From assembly GCA_048937405.1 (NCBI GenBank), contig JBHLNF010000010.1:75764-139763 (forward strand): 64,000 nucleotides of DNA, given 5' to 3'. Below are positions 10,365-20,052 of the stretch, piece by piece (the first letter of the stretch is position 1; the number at the start of each line of letters is the position of its first letter). The notes beneath the pieces are model-generated. The model made no database searches and was not told the origin of the DNA. It saw nothing but the letters and a program-made list of their open reading frames with translations. Origin of the DNA: Promethearchaeota archaeon. Lineage in GTDB: Archaea; Asgardarchaeota; Lokiarchaeia; Sigyniarchaeales; SOKP01. Position numbers and translations under genes: made by a program.

Positions 10365-11198
10365 CTACCTCAATTTTTTATTTTTCTTGTTCTTGTCTTT
10401 TTTTATTTCATTATAATTATTATTTAGATTCTCCTCTCGCCAGCCAAGTAAATCATCTATATGGGATGCACCTGTAATTTTTAAGTATGCCTCTTCTAAA
10501 TCCTTAGCTCCAACAGATTCAATTATCTCTTTTGGTGTCCCTTCAACTTTTAGTTTACCATCAACAATGATTCCTATGATATCACATAATTCTTCAGCCG
10601 TATCGAGAAGATGAGTACAAATAAAAATCGTTTTATCTGCTTTCTTAGCTAATTGAGAAATTAAATCTTTTACCATTCTAGCTGCAGCAGGATCTAAATT
10701 TGATGTAGGCTCATCTAAAAATATTATTTCTGGATCTTGAATTAACGCAGCACATAAACAAACTTTTTGTTTCATACCTCTTGAATAACTCTCTAAAAGA
10801 TCATTTTCTCGACCCTCTAAATTAAACAACTCTATTAACTCATTTATTCGAGCGGAAATTACACTTTTTTGCAAATAATATAATTCTCCAATAAATTCTA
10901 AGAATTCCTTAGCAGTGAGTTTCGAATATAATCCAGGTGCCTCTGGTAAAAATCCACATATCATTTTAACTTTATGACTTTCAGTTACTATGTCATATCC
11001 TCCAACAGATGCGCTTCCTGAAGTCTTAGAAATAATAGCATTAAGCATCCTAACAGTTGTGGTTTTTCCAGCCCCGTTTGGTCCTAATAAACCATATGTT
11101 TTTCCATAGGGAATTGTTAAATCTATTTTATTGACCGCAAGAAGATTACCAAAATTCTTGGTAAGATTTTGGGTTTTTATTGCGTATGCTTTACTCAT
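10365..11198 (-). CDS. ABC transporter ATP-binding protein
   Basis: GPNGAGKTT, YSRGMKQK, IFLDEPT and TH motifs. Confidence 0.95.
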   Translation of the reverse strand: MSKAYAIKTQNLTKNFGNLLAVNKIDLTIPYGKTYGLLGPNGAGKTTTVRMLNAIISKTSGSASVGGYDIVTESHKVKMICGFLPEAPGLYSKLTAKEFLEFIGELYYLQKSVISARINELIELFNLEGRENDLLESYSRGMKQKVCLCAALIQDPEIIFLDEPTSNLDPAAARMVKDLISQLAKKADKTIFICTHLLDTAEELCDIIGIIVDGKLKVEGTPKEIIESVGAKDLEEAYLKITGASHIDDLLGWREENLNNNYNEIKKDKNKKNKKLR

Positions 11199-11259
11199 AT
11201 TTTTTACCTCTTTTTTTGATTAATTTTTAATTTTATTTTTTTTGTTTTTAGATTTGAAA

Positions 11260-11532
11260 TTATAATATATAAAGAATTAAATTCATGCCCTCTGATATTA
11301 TCAGACATGTAAGTAATAGCCATAATACTTTTTTATATTGAAAATTTTGATCTTGTTCAGCTTTTAACTGTTGTTTAGTTTCAAAATAAATTGCTGGCAT
11401 AATTATTAGGAATATTGGAATCATATCTCGGCGATCAAAAATAACAGTATATGTAAATAAAAGAATACTTACAATGTCCGAAATAACCAATGCAGCAATT
11501 AAACCCCTCTCAGTGATGTTTAAAGTTTTCAT
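11260..11532 (-). CDS. Small membrane protein (about 3 TM)
   Basis: Hydrophobic 90-aa ORF, co-oriented in the operon. Confidence 0.65.
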   Translation of the reverse strand: MKTLNITERGLIAALVISDIVSILLFTYTVIFDRRDMIPIFLIIMPAIYFETKQQLKAEQDQNFQYKKVLWLLLTCLIISEGMNLILYIL

Positions 11533-11556
11533 TTTTAATACCCTTCAGACTTATTT

Positions 11557-11760
11557 TTATTTTTTGTTTAATTCTGAATTTCTTTCAATTCTTAATTTAA
11601 TTAAAAAGCCTAGATTCATCGTTAATGAAATTCCTGTCAATAAACCACAAATAAAATCAATAATTGTTCCTGCTCCAGCAAATTTATCTAATAAAATAGC
11701 GATTGTTAAAGAAAACATGCCAATTGTGAGCATTGTTTCTTTATTCTTATTGAATAACAT
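11557..11760 (-). CDS. Small membrane protein (2 TM)
   Basis: Start moved to ATG 11760 behind GGTGA, which removes the overlap with the upstream gene. MLFNKNKETMLTIG...DFICGLLTGISL. Confidence 0.65.
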   Translation of the reverse strand: MLFNKNKETMLTIGMFSLTIAILLDKFAGAGTIIDFICGLLTGISLTMNLGFLIKLRIERNSELNKK

Positions 11761-11764
11761 ACTT

Positions 11765-11998
11765 TTATTCTTCACCATTAGATAGTTCTTTAGCATTTGT
11801 TCTCTTCTTTTTTTCTGTTTTGTGTATCCCCAGGTAGTATAAAATAAATGTAACAAAAAAAATCAGGAATGGGCCCCCTAAAAAATCGGTTCCAGTTCCA
11901 TCATTTCCTACGATTATTAATATTGTCACCCATAATGTAGCAATAGCAACCAATAAAGAAATTAAAATTCCTAATAACCAAGCCATTAACTTATCCAT
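11765..11998 (-). CDS. Small membrane protein (2 TM), first gene of operon
   Basis: ATG 11998 behind GTGAT. Two hydrophobic helices and a basic C-tail. Confidence 0.65.
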   Translation of the reverse strand: MDKLMAWLLGILISLLVAIATLWVTILIIVGNDGTGTDFLGGPFLIFFVTFILYYLGIHKTEKKKRTNAKELSNGEE

Positions 11999-12159
11999 TT
12001 TTCTTATCACATTTTTTTTTCTAAACCTAAATTGAACTAATTGATATATTTTAAATTTGATAACCTAAATTAGACTAAGAGTATAAACTATGAATTTGAT
12101 TTTTCTTCTCTTATCCGATAGGACTTTCTTAAGTCTCAATATTATAATAGAAAAGAAAA

Positions 12160-12189
12160 TATTTAAAGCTTTGCATCGCAAAGTACTTT
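12160..12189 (-). promoter_or_regulatory. TATA-like box with adjacent palindromic operator CTTTGC-atc-GCAAAG
   Basis: Perfect 6-bp inverted repeat at 12169-12183, immediately upstream of minus-strand TTTAAATA (12167-12160), 5' of the membrane operon. Confidence 0.55.
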
Positions 12190-12527
12190 ATAGTCCTAAT
12201 TGTTTATTTCATACGTTTATAAATTGTTTCCACTAAAATTTGTATAAGAATTAGTCAGAATCTTTAAATTCCTTACACTTAAATTTTGTATTGAATAATT
12301 ATACAAGTGTAAATATGAAATAATTTGAACTATTCCCAATATTTATTAATAAATTATAAACTTTTTAAAACATTTAAATCAGGTTAAATATAATAACACT
12401 ACTCCGATGATCGATGTATTTTAATATATTTAATATATAAGTTTTTGTGTTATTTTCATATATAAAATCATAGATAATTGAAAGTATAAATAAGGTTAAA
12501 ATTGTATAATTATATTAATCCAAAGTT

Positions 12528-13451
12528 ATGAGTGATTATAGCATGGAAAGTAGTTATGTTCATAGAACAATTAGGAAAAAAGAGGATGTAGGGAGACAAG
12601 GAGAAATAAATTCATTAAAATTTACGCCTGATGGGAAATATATTGTTTGTGCCTCAAAAAACAATATTGAAATATGGGATATTGAGTCTGGCAATCAAGT
12701 TAGAAAAATTAAAGCAACTACAGGTACTTTTAGTTGGGTTAATGATGTTGTGGTTTCACCCAATGGGCAATATATTATTGCTGGAATAGAAAACATTAGA
12801 ACACAAGTATGGGAGTTTTTATCTGGAAATTTGGTATGGGTTGCTAAAACAATTGGAGCCACTGTAAAGGTTAGGGTTTCTACTGATGGAAAATATGTTG
12901 TTGGGGTGACTGGAACCCATGGGATACGTTTATGGGAATTGGAAACAGGAGAGCTAATTGATAAATTTAAAACTCATGGTTCAAGTAGGACATTGGCTCT
13001 CTCTTCAGATAATAAGTATATAGCTTATCAGAAAGGGAAAAAAGCTATTTATATATGGGATATATCAAACAGAATTAACATAAGGGAACTTAAAACTAAA
13101 AAAATTGGGTGGGTGTGGGACCTTGTTATAACTCCTGATATGAAATATGTTATTAGTGGTTCATGGAATAAACTTATACACGTTTGGGAATTTTCAACTG
13201 GTAATAAGATTACTACTCTTGAGGGTCATAAAAGTTCAGTATATTCTCTTGCGGTAACTCCCGATGGAAAATATTTAGTCAGTGGCTCAGGGGATAAAAC
13301 AGTAAAGATATGGGAAATATCTTCGCTTCAATTAATACATAATTTAACCGAGCATAAGGGAGGAGTTTTTGCTGTAGCAACTTCCCCTGATGGGAAATCT
13401 ATTGCCAGTGGATCAACAGATCAAACTATAAAAATATGGGATCTTCCTTAG
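12528..13451 (+). CDS. WD40-repeat beta-propeller protein
   Basis: About 7 repeats of GH...V...TPDGKY..SGS.D.T.KIW[DE]. Confidence 0.95.
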   Translation: MSDYSMESSYVHRTIRKKEDVGRQGEINSLKFTPDGKYIVCASKNNIEIWDIESGNQVRKIKATTGTFSWVNDVVVSPNGQYIIAGIENIRTQVWEFLSGNLVWVAKTIGATVKVRVSTDGKYVVGVTGTHGIRLWELETGELIDKFKTHGSSRTLALSSDNKYIAYQKGKKAIYIWDISNRINIRELKTKKIGWVWDLVITPDMKYVISGSWNKLIHVWEFSTGNKITTLEGHKSSVYSLAVTPDGKYLVSGSGDKTVKIWEISSLQLIHNLTEHKGGVFAVATSPDGKSIASGSTDQTIKIWDLP

Positions 13452-13506
13452 AGAGGAAGATATTTTTTGAATTAGGAATAGATAATATAAAATCTACGAT
13501 TAGAAT

Positions 13507-14097
13507 CTAAATTTTTCTACAAACTAATTCTCCTTTCCCAATAGGAACAACTAAAGCATCTACACGTTTATCAGCCAAGGCTTTATCTAACATCGGTTTT
13601 AACGTTTCATAATGATTAATGGCATTATCCGCAACAAGAATGCCTCCTTTAACCATATTTGGAATCAATAAGTCGTAACAATCTTCATACACTTCCTTCT
13701 CAGCATCTAAAAAACAAAATGAGATGTTATTATAATTTGGAAGGTATTCTCGAGCATCTCCTTGTATTAATTCGATAAACTCTTCTAAATTAGTTAATTT
13801 AAAAGTTTCTCGAGCCATTTTAGCTTTTTCTTCTAAAATTTCAAATGTAATTATTTTGTTTCCAATAAGTTTGCATGCAAGAGCTATCCACATAGTAGAA
13901 TATCCTGCACTAGTCCCTATTTCTAAAAATTCTCCTTTTTGAGCACTCGCAGCCAGAAGAGATATAAATTTTCCCGTTTCGGGAGGAATTTGACGAAGTC
14001 TTTCCATCCTAGTGGTTCCATCGATTCTATCCTTAGCATCTAATTCTTCTAAATATTCCATTCGCGTCCTAATAGGTTCTGATATATTATGAAACAT
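13507..14097 (-). CDS. O-methyltransferase (COMT/CCoAOMT-like)
   Basis: [20 protein letters not shown] and GGILVADN motifs. Confidence 0.9.
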   Translation of the reverse strand: MFHNISEPIRTRMEYLEELDAKDRIDGTTRMERLRQIPPETGKFISLLAASAQKGEFLEIGTSAGYSTMWIALACKLIGNKIITFEILEEKAKMARETFKLTNLEEFIELIQGDAREYLPNYNNISFCFLDAEKEVYEDCYDLLIPNMVKGGILVADNAINHYETLKPMLDKALADKRVDALVVPIGKGELVCRKI

Positions 14098-14238
14098 TTT
14101 AAATCGAAAACTTTATCGTTATAATATAATTAAGACTAAATCTAATATATTGAGAATAATTCTTGTGTAATTATTATACTAAAAGAATAGTTATTTTAAT
14201 AACTTATATTAGTAATTAACTCATAAATGAGAAAGTAA

Positions 14239-16281
14239 ATGATTGAAATTAAAAAAGCAATAACAAAAGAAGAAATTGAAAGCTACGTAAATTATATTCT
14301 GAAAAATATGAGTTTAAAAGAAAAAGTGGCACAAATGAGTGGCCATGGATTTTTTGAGGCTATATTAGTTGATAGAGGTGTCGGTAAAAGAGTATACGAA
14401 GCTGCAGGTTCAAAAAAGTATAAGATACCCCCATTGAAATTTACAGATGGTCCTCGTGGAGTTATTATTCCAGGTTCTACTTGTTTTCCTGTTTCTATGG
14501 CTCGCGCTGCAACTTGGGATGTAGAATTAGAAGAAAAAATTGGTGATGTCATTGGAAAAGAAGTACGAGCTCATGGAGGAAATCTTTTTGGAGGTGTTTG
14601 TATTAATTTATTACGTCATCCGGCATGGGGTAGAGCTCAAGAAACTTATGGCGAGGATCCATTTTTACTTGGCGAATTTGGCAGTGCTTTAACTCGGGGT
14701 GTCCAAAAACATAATGTTATGGCAACCGCCAAGCATTTTGCTGCAAATAGTATTGAAAAAGCCCGTTTTAAAATAAACGTGAAAATGAATGAGAGAACTT
14801 TACGTGAAGTTTACCTTCCTCATTTCAGACGATGTGTTGAGGAAGGATGTGCTACCATAATGAGTGCATATAATAAATTACGTGGTAAGTATTGTGGGCA
14901 AAATGATTATTTATTGCGTGAAATATTAAAGAAAGAGTGGAATTTTAAAGGGATTGTCCATTCTGATTGGATGTATGGAGTAAAAGACACCGTAGGCGGA
15001 ATAACTGGAGGATTAGATGTTGAAATGCCTCGTCCAAAATATTATAAATATAGAAAGATACAAAAAGCCCTTCAAGAAGGTAAAATTTCTGAAGTTATGA
15101 TTAATGAGGCTGCTGGAAGAGTTATGCGAACGATTCTTGAATTTATCACTAAAGAGGATCCTCAAGATTATGATAAGAGCTTACTAGGTTGTTTAAATCA
15201 TCGTAAGGTAGCATTAGAAGCTGCTGAAAAGAGTATGGTACTTCTAAAAAATGAGAGAGATACCTTACCATTAACCAAAAATAAAATTAGCACTATGCTA
15301 ATATTGGGAGAATATGCAAATGTTAAAAATACAGGAGATCATGGGAGTAGTAATGTAGCAGTCAAAAATGTAGTTACTCCTTTGAAAGGTATCCAGTACC
15401 ATGTAGGAAATGAAATTAAGATTGTATATGATAAGGGTGAAGATCCTAAAAGAGCTAAAAATTTGGCTAAAAAAGCTGATGCAATAGTAATTATTGTTGG
15501 ATTAAATTATAAGGATGAGGGAGAATATATCAGAGAATTTGGAACTGGTGGTGATCGAGATAAATTATCATTACATGATAAGGATATTGCACTTATTAAA
15601 GAAGTTGCAAAGGAAAATAACAATTGTGTTGTAGTTTTAATTGGAGGTAGTGCAATCACTATGGAAGAATGGAAAGATGATGTACCATCCATATTAGTAA
15701 CTTGGTATTCAGGTGTAGAAGGAGGAAATGCTCTTGCAAAAATATTATTCGGTGATATTAATCCAAGTGGAAAATTACCTTTTACCATTCCTAAAGACCC
15801 GAATGATTTGCCTTTTTTCGATAAAAATGCTGATGAAATTGAATATGGATATTATCATGGTTATACACTTTTTGATAAAAAGGGATATGAGCCAGCATTT
15901 CCTTTTGGATATGGGTTAAGCTATACGACATATCATTATAGTAATTTAAATGTTGATGTTGAGGATGATAAAATCATTGCTAGTGTTGATGTAAAAAATA
16001 CTGGAAAAGTTGCGGGCACTGAAGTTGTTCAATTATATATAGGATTCGAAAATTCTAATATCGATCGCCCTATAAAGCTTTTAAAAGGTTTCAAACGTAT
16101 TCAACTGCTACCAAATGAATTGAAAAATGTAAGATTTGAATTTGTAATAAAAAATCTAGCTTGGTATAACCCAGAATCAAAATCTTGGGAGATTGAAAAA
16201 ATTAATTATGGTATTTTTGTGGGATCATCATCAAAAAAAGAAGATCTTTTATCTATTCAATTCAATTTAAATAAAAAGTAA
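14239..16281 (+). CDS. Glycoside hydrolase family 3 (beta-glucosidase-like) with Fn3-like C-terminus
   Basis: DGPRG, WGRAQETYGEDP, KHFAAN, SDW nucleophile motif, FPFGYGLSYT and EVVQLY. Confidence 0.95.
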   Translation: MIEIKKAITKEEIESYVNYILKNMSLKEKVAQMSGHGFFEAILVDRGVGKRVYEAAGSKKYKIPPLKFTDGPRGVIIPGSTCFPVSMARAATWDVELEEKIGDVIGKEVRAHGGNLFGGVCINLLRHPAWGRAQETYGEDPFLLGEFGSALTRGVQKHNVMATAKHFAANSIEKARFKINVKMNERTLREVYLPHFRRCVEEGCATIMSAYNKLRGKYCGQNDYLLREILKKEWNFKGIVHSDWMYGVKDTVGGITGGLDVEMPRPKYYKYRKIQKALQEGKISEVMINEAAGRVMRTILEFITKEDPQDYDKSLLGCLNHRKVALEAAEKSMVLLKNERDTLPLTKNKISTMLILGEYANVKNTGDHGSSNVAVKNVVTPLKGIQYHVGNEIKIVYDKGEDPKRAKNLAKKADAIVIIVGLNYKDEGEYIREFGTGGDRDKLSLHDKDIALIKEVAKENNNCVVVLIGGSAITMEEWKDDVPSILVTWYSGVEGGNALAKILFGDINPSGKLPFTIPKDPNDLPFFDKNADEIEYGYYHGYTLFDKKGYEPAFPFGYGLSYTTYHYSNLNVDVEDDKIIASVDVKNTGKVAGTEVVQLYIGFENSNIDRPIKLLKGFKRIQLLPNELKNVRFEFVIKNLAWYNPESKSWEIEKINYGIFVGSSSKKEDLLSIQFNLNKK

Positions 16282-16618
16282 ATAAATTTACCAATTATAT
16301 TTTTAAAATACTTTATCTTTCTCCAAATTCTAAAGATTTATATAATGTTGATATAAAAAGGAATTATTGACAACAAGTAATTCTGCATGACTTGCCCCAA
16401 ATATTCTGTTTTTATGAAACTAAGGAAAAACGCGTGATCTGCTACTAGAGAAGTCAGATATTAAATTTGAGAAATTTAATTAGTAAATTTGATATTTTCT
16501 TTATAAAAATTCCAAAAATAGAGAAATGTAAAGCTTTTTCAAAACTAAAATTTTAAATTTAAGAAGTTTATCATGCATTCATTAAATGTAACCATTTTAA
16601 TTTTAACTTGGAATTTTT

Positions 16619-17173
16619 ATGAGAACCTCTCACGATTTTTTATTTAAGGTTTCTGTCATAGGAGATGGGAGAGTAGGAAAGACTTCTTTAATAAAAAGAT
16701 TTACGAAAGGCAATTTTGATACTAATTATGCAATTACAATTGGTGCTCAATTTTCTGAATATAAACAGGCGATTGAGGGAGATAAAATCACTCTATTTTT
16801 TTGGGATATCGCAGGACAAGATAGTTTTCATTTTGTACGTCCATCATTTTATGTCAAAAGTCATGCAGCTATAATTGTGTATAGTTTAGAAGCAAATAAA
16901 CTTGGAAAACAAAGTTACCGAAATATTTTAAATTGGTATCGAGAAGTAAAACAATTTTGTGGAGATATTCCTATTGTTCTTTTTGCAAATAAAGCAGATT
17001 TAATTAAAGAAAAAAATTTAAATAAGGCAAAAATCCAAAATGTAATCGATACTTTAGATTTATGGAACTATTATATTACATCAGCTAAATCAGGGAAAGG
17101 AGTTCGTCATGCTTTTAATAGTCTAATAGAGAATTTATATCATCAATATATCTTATTAGCCACAAATCATTAA
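16619..17173 (+). CDS. Rab-like small GTPase
   Basis: GDGRVGKT, TIG, WDIAGQ, NKAD and SAK motifs. No C-terminal Cys. Confidence 0.93.
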   Translation: MRTSHDFLFKVSVIGDGRVGKTSLIKRFTKGNFDTNYAITIGAQFSEYKQAIEGDKITLFFWDIAGQDSFHFVRPSFYVKSHAAIIVYSLEANKLGKQSYRNILNWYREVKQFCGDIPIVLFANKADLIKEKNLNKAKIQNVIDTLDLWNYYITSAKSGKGVRHAFNSLIENLYHQYILLATNH

Positions 17174-17274
17174 GCTATTACCCAAAAAAAAATAAGTTCT
17201 TGTGCATAATGATTAATATCTTTAATGAAATAATAATAATTTTAATCTTAATTTAAAAAATAGTAGAGTTTTAT

Positions 17275-18171
17275 ATGAAATTATTGCATACACCTGAAGC
17301 AAGATTTAAAAATCTTCCTGACTTTCCATTCAAACCTAATTATAGGGAAGTTGATGGAATTCGAATTCATTTTATAGATGAAGGTCCTAAAGATAGTGAA
17401 GTAATTTTATTAATGCATGGTGAGCCATCATGGTCATTCTTATATCGACATATGATTCCAATATTACTTAATGCAGGTTATAGAACAGTAGCACCGGATT
17501 TAGTTGGATTTGGACGATCCGATAAACCAGCTGAACAAAGCGCCCATACTTATCGTAAGCACGTAGAATGGATCACAAAATTAGTAAAAATACTTGATCT
17601 TAAAAATATTACTTTATTCTGCCAAGATTGGGGATCATTAATTGGTTTAAGAGTTGCTATTGAAAATCAAGAACGTTTTGATAGGATAGTACTATCAAAT
17701 GGAGGATTACCTACAGGAGATCAAAAAATGAGTAAAGAATTTTTACAGTGGCAAGAATCCTCTAAAACAAGACCAATATTTTCATGTGGTGAGATTGTAC
17801 AAGAAGCAACTGTATCTGAACTAACTGAAAACGAGATAAAAGCATATGATGCTCCATTTCCAGATGCAACCTTTCAAGCGGGTCCTAGAATTATGCCTTC
17901 GTTGGTTCCAACTACTAAGGATGATCCAGAACATGAGAATAATAAAAAAGCATGGGAGTTATTCTTTCAATGGAAGAAACCGTTTTTGACAGCTTTCTCT
18001 GATAGAGATCCAATAACACGAGGAGCCAACAGATATTGGCAAGAGAAAGTTCCAGGCGCACTGGGACAAAATCATACTATAATTAAAAATGCTGGACATT
18101 TTGTCCAAGAAGATAAAGGTTTTGAATTAGCAAATCTTATTTTAGAATTTATAAGCAAAAATCCTCTTTAG
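17275..18171 (+). CDS. Haloalkane dehalogenase (alpha/beta hydrolase, HLD-I type)
   Basis: TPEARF..LPDFPF, HGEPSWS, PDLVGFGRSDKP, QDWG nucleophile, D.DPIT and AGHFVQED. Confidence 0.88.
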   Translation: MKLLHTPEARFKNLPDFPFKPNYREVDGIRIHFIDEGPKDSEVILLMHGEPSWSFLYRHMIPILLNAGYRTVAPDLVGFGRSDKPAEQSAHTYRKHVEWITKLVKILDLKNITLFCQDWGSLIGLRVAIENQERFDRIVLSNGGLPTGDQKMSKEFLQWQESSKTRPIFSCGEIVQEATVSELTENEIKAYDAPFPDATFQAGPRIMPSLVPTTKDDPEHENNKKAWELFFQWKKPFLTAFSDRDPITRGANRYWQEKVPGALGQNHTIIKNAGHFVQEDKGFELANLILEFISKNPL

Positions 18172-18380
18172 AATCTTAATATATAATTTTTATTGTATAC
18201 TCTAAGTTATTTCTGGATTAATCTTAATCTTTTTTTTCTCATAGCATCCCTTTTTTTTTATATTTTTTCATAATAATCGAGTTTTGGGTGACACTTTATA
18301 TCCCGATATTGGTCTACATAAATAATAAATAAGTACTAAAGAAGTATTAATTATAAATATTTTAACATTAGTTGATTTAA

Positions 18381-18875
18381 ATGAGTAAAAAAAGACATAA
18401 AGGTCATGAGAGGGAAGTTCCGAATGCACATATTTATCATTCTATATTACCGATTGTGTTTGTCTTAGTTTGGTTTTTAGATTCAAATATTTTTAGGTTT
18501 TCTATATTTTTAAACGATTATGTTCCGTTTGTAATTCGATTAATACTTTGTATCATTATTTTAGCTCTTTCGTTTACATTCATTTTCCTTTCCCATCGTA
18601 CATTATTTAAATCGCATCAACCATCTAATTCTTTAATTATAACTGGAATTCTCAAATATACAAGAAATCCAATGTATTTTGGAATACTTTTAATTTATGT
18701 GGCATTTATTTTTCTTTCAATCTCCTTAATTAGCATTGGTCTCTTCATTATCGTGTTTCTAGTTTATAATTGGATGGTAAATTTTGAACAAAAAATTCTT
18801 GAAAATATGTTTGGTGATGAATTCTTAGAATATAAAAAGAGAGTGCCAAAATGGTTTCCAAATCCGTTTAAATAA
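18381..18875 (+). CDS. ICMT/PEMT-family membrane methyltransferase
   Basis: LIITG.LKY.RNPMY.G and E...L...FG.E...YK..VP motifs. Confidence 0.85.
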   Translation: MSKKRHKGHEREVPNAHIYHSILPIVFVLVWFLDSNIFRFSIFLNDYVPFVIRLILCIIILALSFTFIFLSHRTLFKSHQPSNSLIITGILKYTRNPMYFGILLIYVAFIFLSISLISIGLFIIVFLVYNWMVNFEQKILENMFGDEFLEYKKRVPKWFPNPFK

Positions 18876-19062
18876 CCTTATATTCTTATTATAAGAGTTA
18901 AGAGTCTTTACTTTTTTTTTTCAGATTTTTTTAAGAATTAACCATATTTTATGAAAGAAAAAGGTATATTAAGAACGATTATTATGAATATTTTGGAAAA
19001 AAATGTAAAATTTTTCTGAAATTAATTGAGGTATTTAGAATTTTTTAACTCAAGGGTTATAA

Positions 19063-20052
19063 ATGTCAGAAGACAGTTTACGAGAAATACTAGGTTTAGC
19101 TAAAAAGACAAAATGGAATCAGGTAAAAAAATTTATTAAATTCATTGTTCAAAAAACTTTAAAAAAAGGAATAGGCTATAATCTAACGGCTCTTGACGTC
19201 TCAGTTAATAGAAAAAAACAACCAAAATTATCACTAGTAATTAAAAATAACGAAGAAATTAAGGAAATTGATAAATTATTTGATTTTAATCACCTTACTT
19301 TGTATCAAGCAACTCAAAATTCGAATGATCTAATCGAAATTTCGCAAAAAAATGGGACACTTATCGTTTTGGCAAAATATTTAGGTCCAAGTTTGACCAA
19401 TCATGAATTATTTGATTTTTCTGTTCATTTAGATACATTAGATGATCCTTTTTTTACTATTGGAAATGGAAAGAAAATAAATAGTTCTGAATTATTGGAA
19501 ATTATTAATAAAGATTTAGTAACAAAACTAAGAACAAAAGAAAAAGGAAAGAAAAAAACAACGGAAGAAGAAGAGATAAAAGTTGAAGATATTGAAGTTT
19601 TGATATTTGAAAAATTGACTGAAAAAAATGCTTACTGGAATGGAACTAAAACAAAAGCCTATCAAAATTGGAATGCAAAAATGAAAAATAAATATCACAT
19701 AGAATCGGGGAATATTGCTTATTATAAAGGAAAACCTACGAAAAAATATTCACAATATCTTGAAAATCTTCTTAAAAAGAAAGATAAAAAAACCAAAAAA
19801 CCTATAAAAAAAGTCAATAGAAAAGAAAGGAGTACCATAATAGATGATAAAGTGATATCAGAACAATCTATATTTAGTACTCTAACTGGAAAGAATGCAA
19901 TATGGAATGGAACTGAAACAAAAAATTTTCTTGCTTGGAAACGAAAAATACATAAAAAGTACAATAAAGATACAGGCAAAAATCCTTACTATAGAGGAAA
20001 ATTAACCAAAAATTTCCAATTGTATCTTAAAAAACACCTTAAAACTAAATAG
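19063..20052 (+). CDS. Uncharacterised basic protein with four ~29-aa C-terminal repeats
   Basis: Long Lys-rich ORF. Repeat consensus [FY]xxx[TS]GKNAx[WY]xGxxTKx[FY]xx[WY]. Confidence 0.75.
   Translation: MSEDSLREILGLAKKTKWNQVKKFIKFIVQKTLKKGIGYNLTALDVSVNRKKQPKLSLVIKNNEEIKEIDKLFDFNHLTLYQATQNSNDLIEISQKNGTLIVLAKYLGPSLTNHELFDFSVHLDTLDDPFFTIGNGKKINSSELLEIINKDLVTKLRTKEKGKKKTTEEEEIKVEDIEVLIFEKLTEKNAYWNGTKTKAYQNWNAKMKNKYHIESGNIAYYKGKPTKKYSQYLENLLKKKDKKTKKPIKKVNRKERSTIIDDKVISEQSIFSTLTGKNAIWNGTETKNFLAWKRKIHKKYNKDTGKNPYYRGKLTKNFQLYLKKHLKTK

Noticed and set aside
11557-11856. 99-aa version of the small membrane protein
   Set aside because: It overlaps the upstream gene by about 90 nt. ATG 11760 has an SD and fits the operon spacing.
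12065-12139. 24-aa leader ORF (MRLKKVLSDKRRK...) at the start of the membrane operon
   Set aside because: The position suits a leaderless uORF, but it is too short and has no independent support.
16380-16460. GC-richer intergenic patch with ATGA...TGA as a SECIS or ncRNA
   Set aside because: No convincing stem and no adjacent gene with an in-frame TGA.
16619-18875. Rab-like GTPase near an ICMT-family methyltransferase as a CAAX-processing module
   Set aside because: Neither Rab has a C-terminal Cys, ICMT/PEMT homologues are widespread in prokaryotes, and an unrelated gene lies between them.
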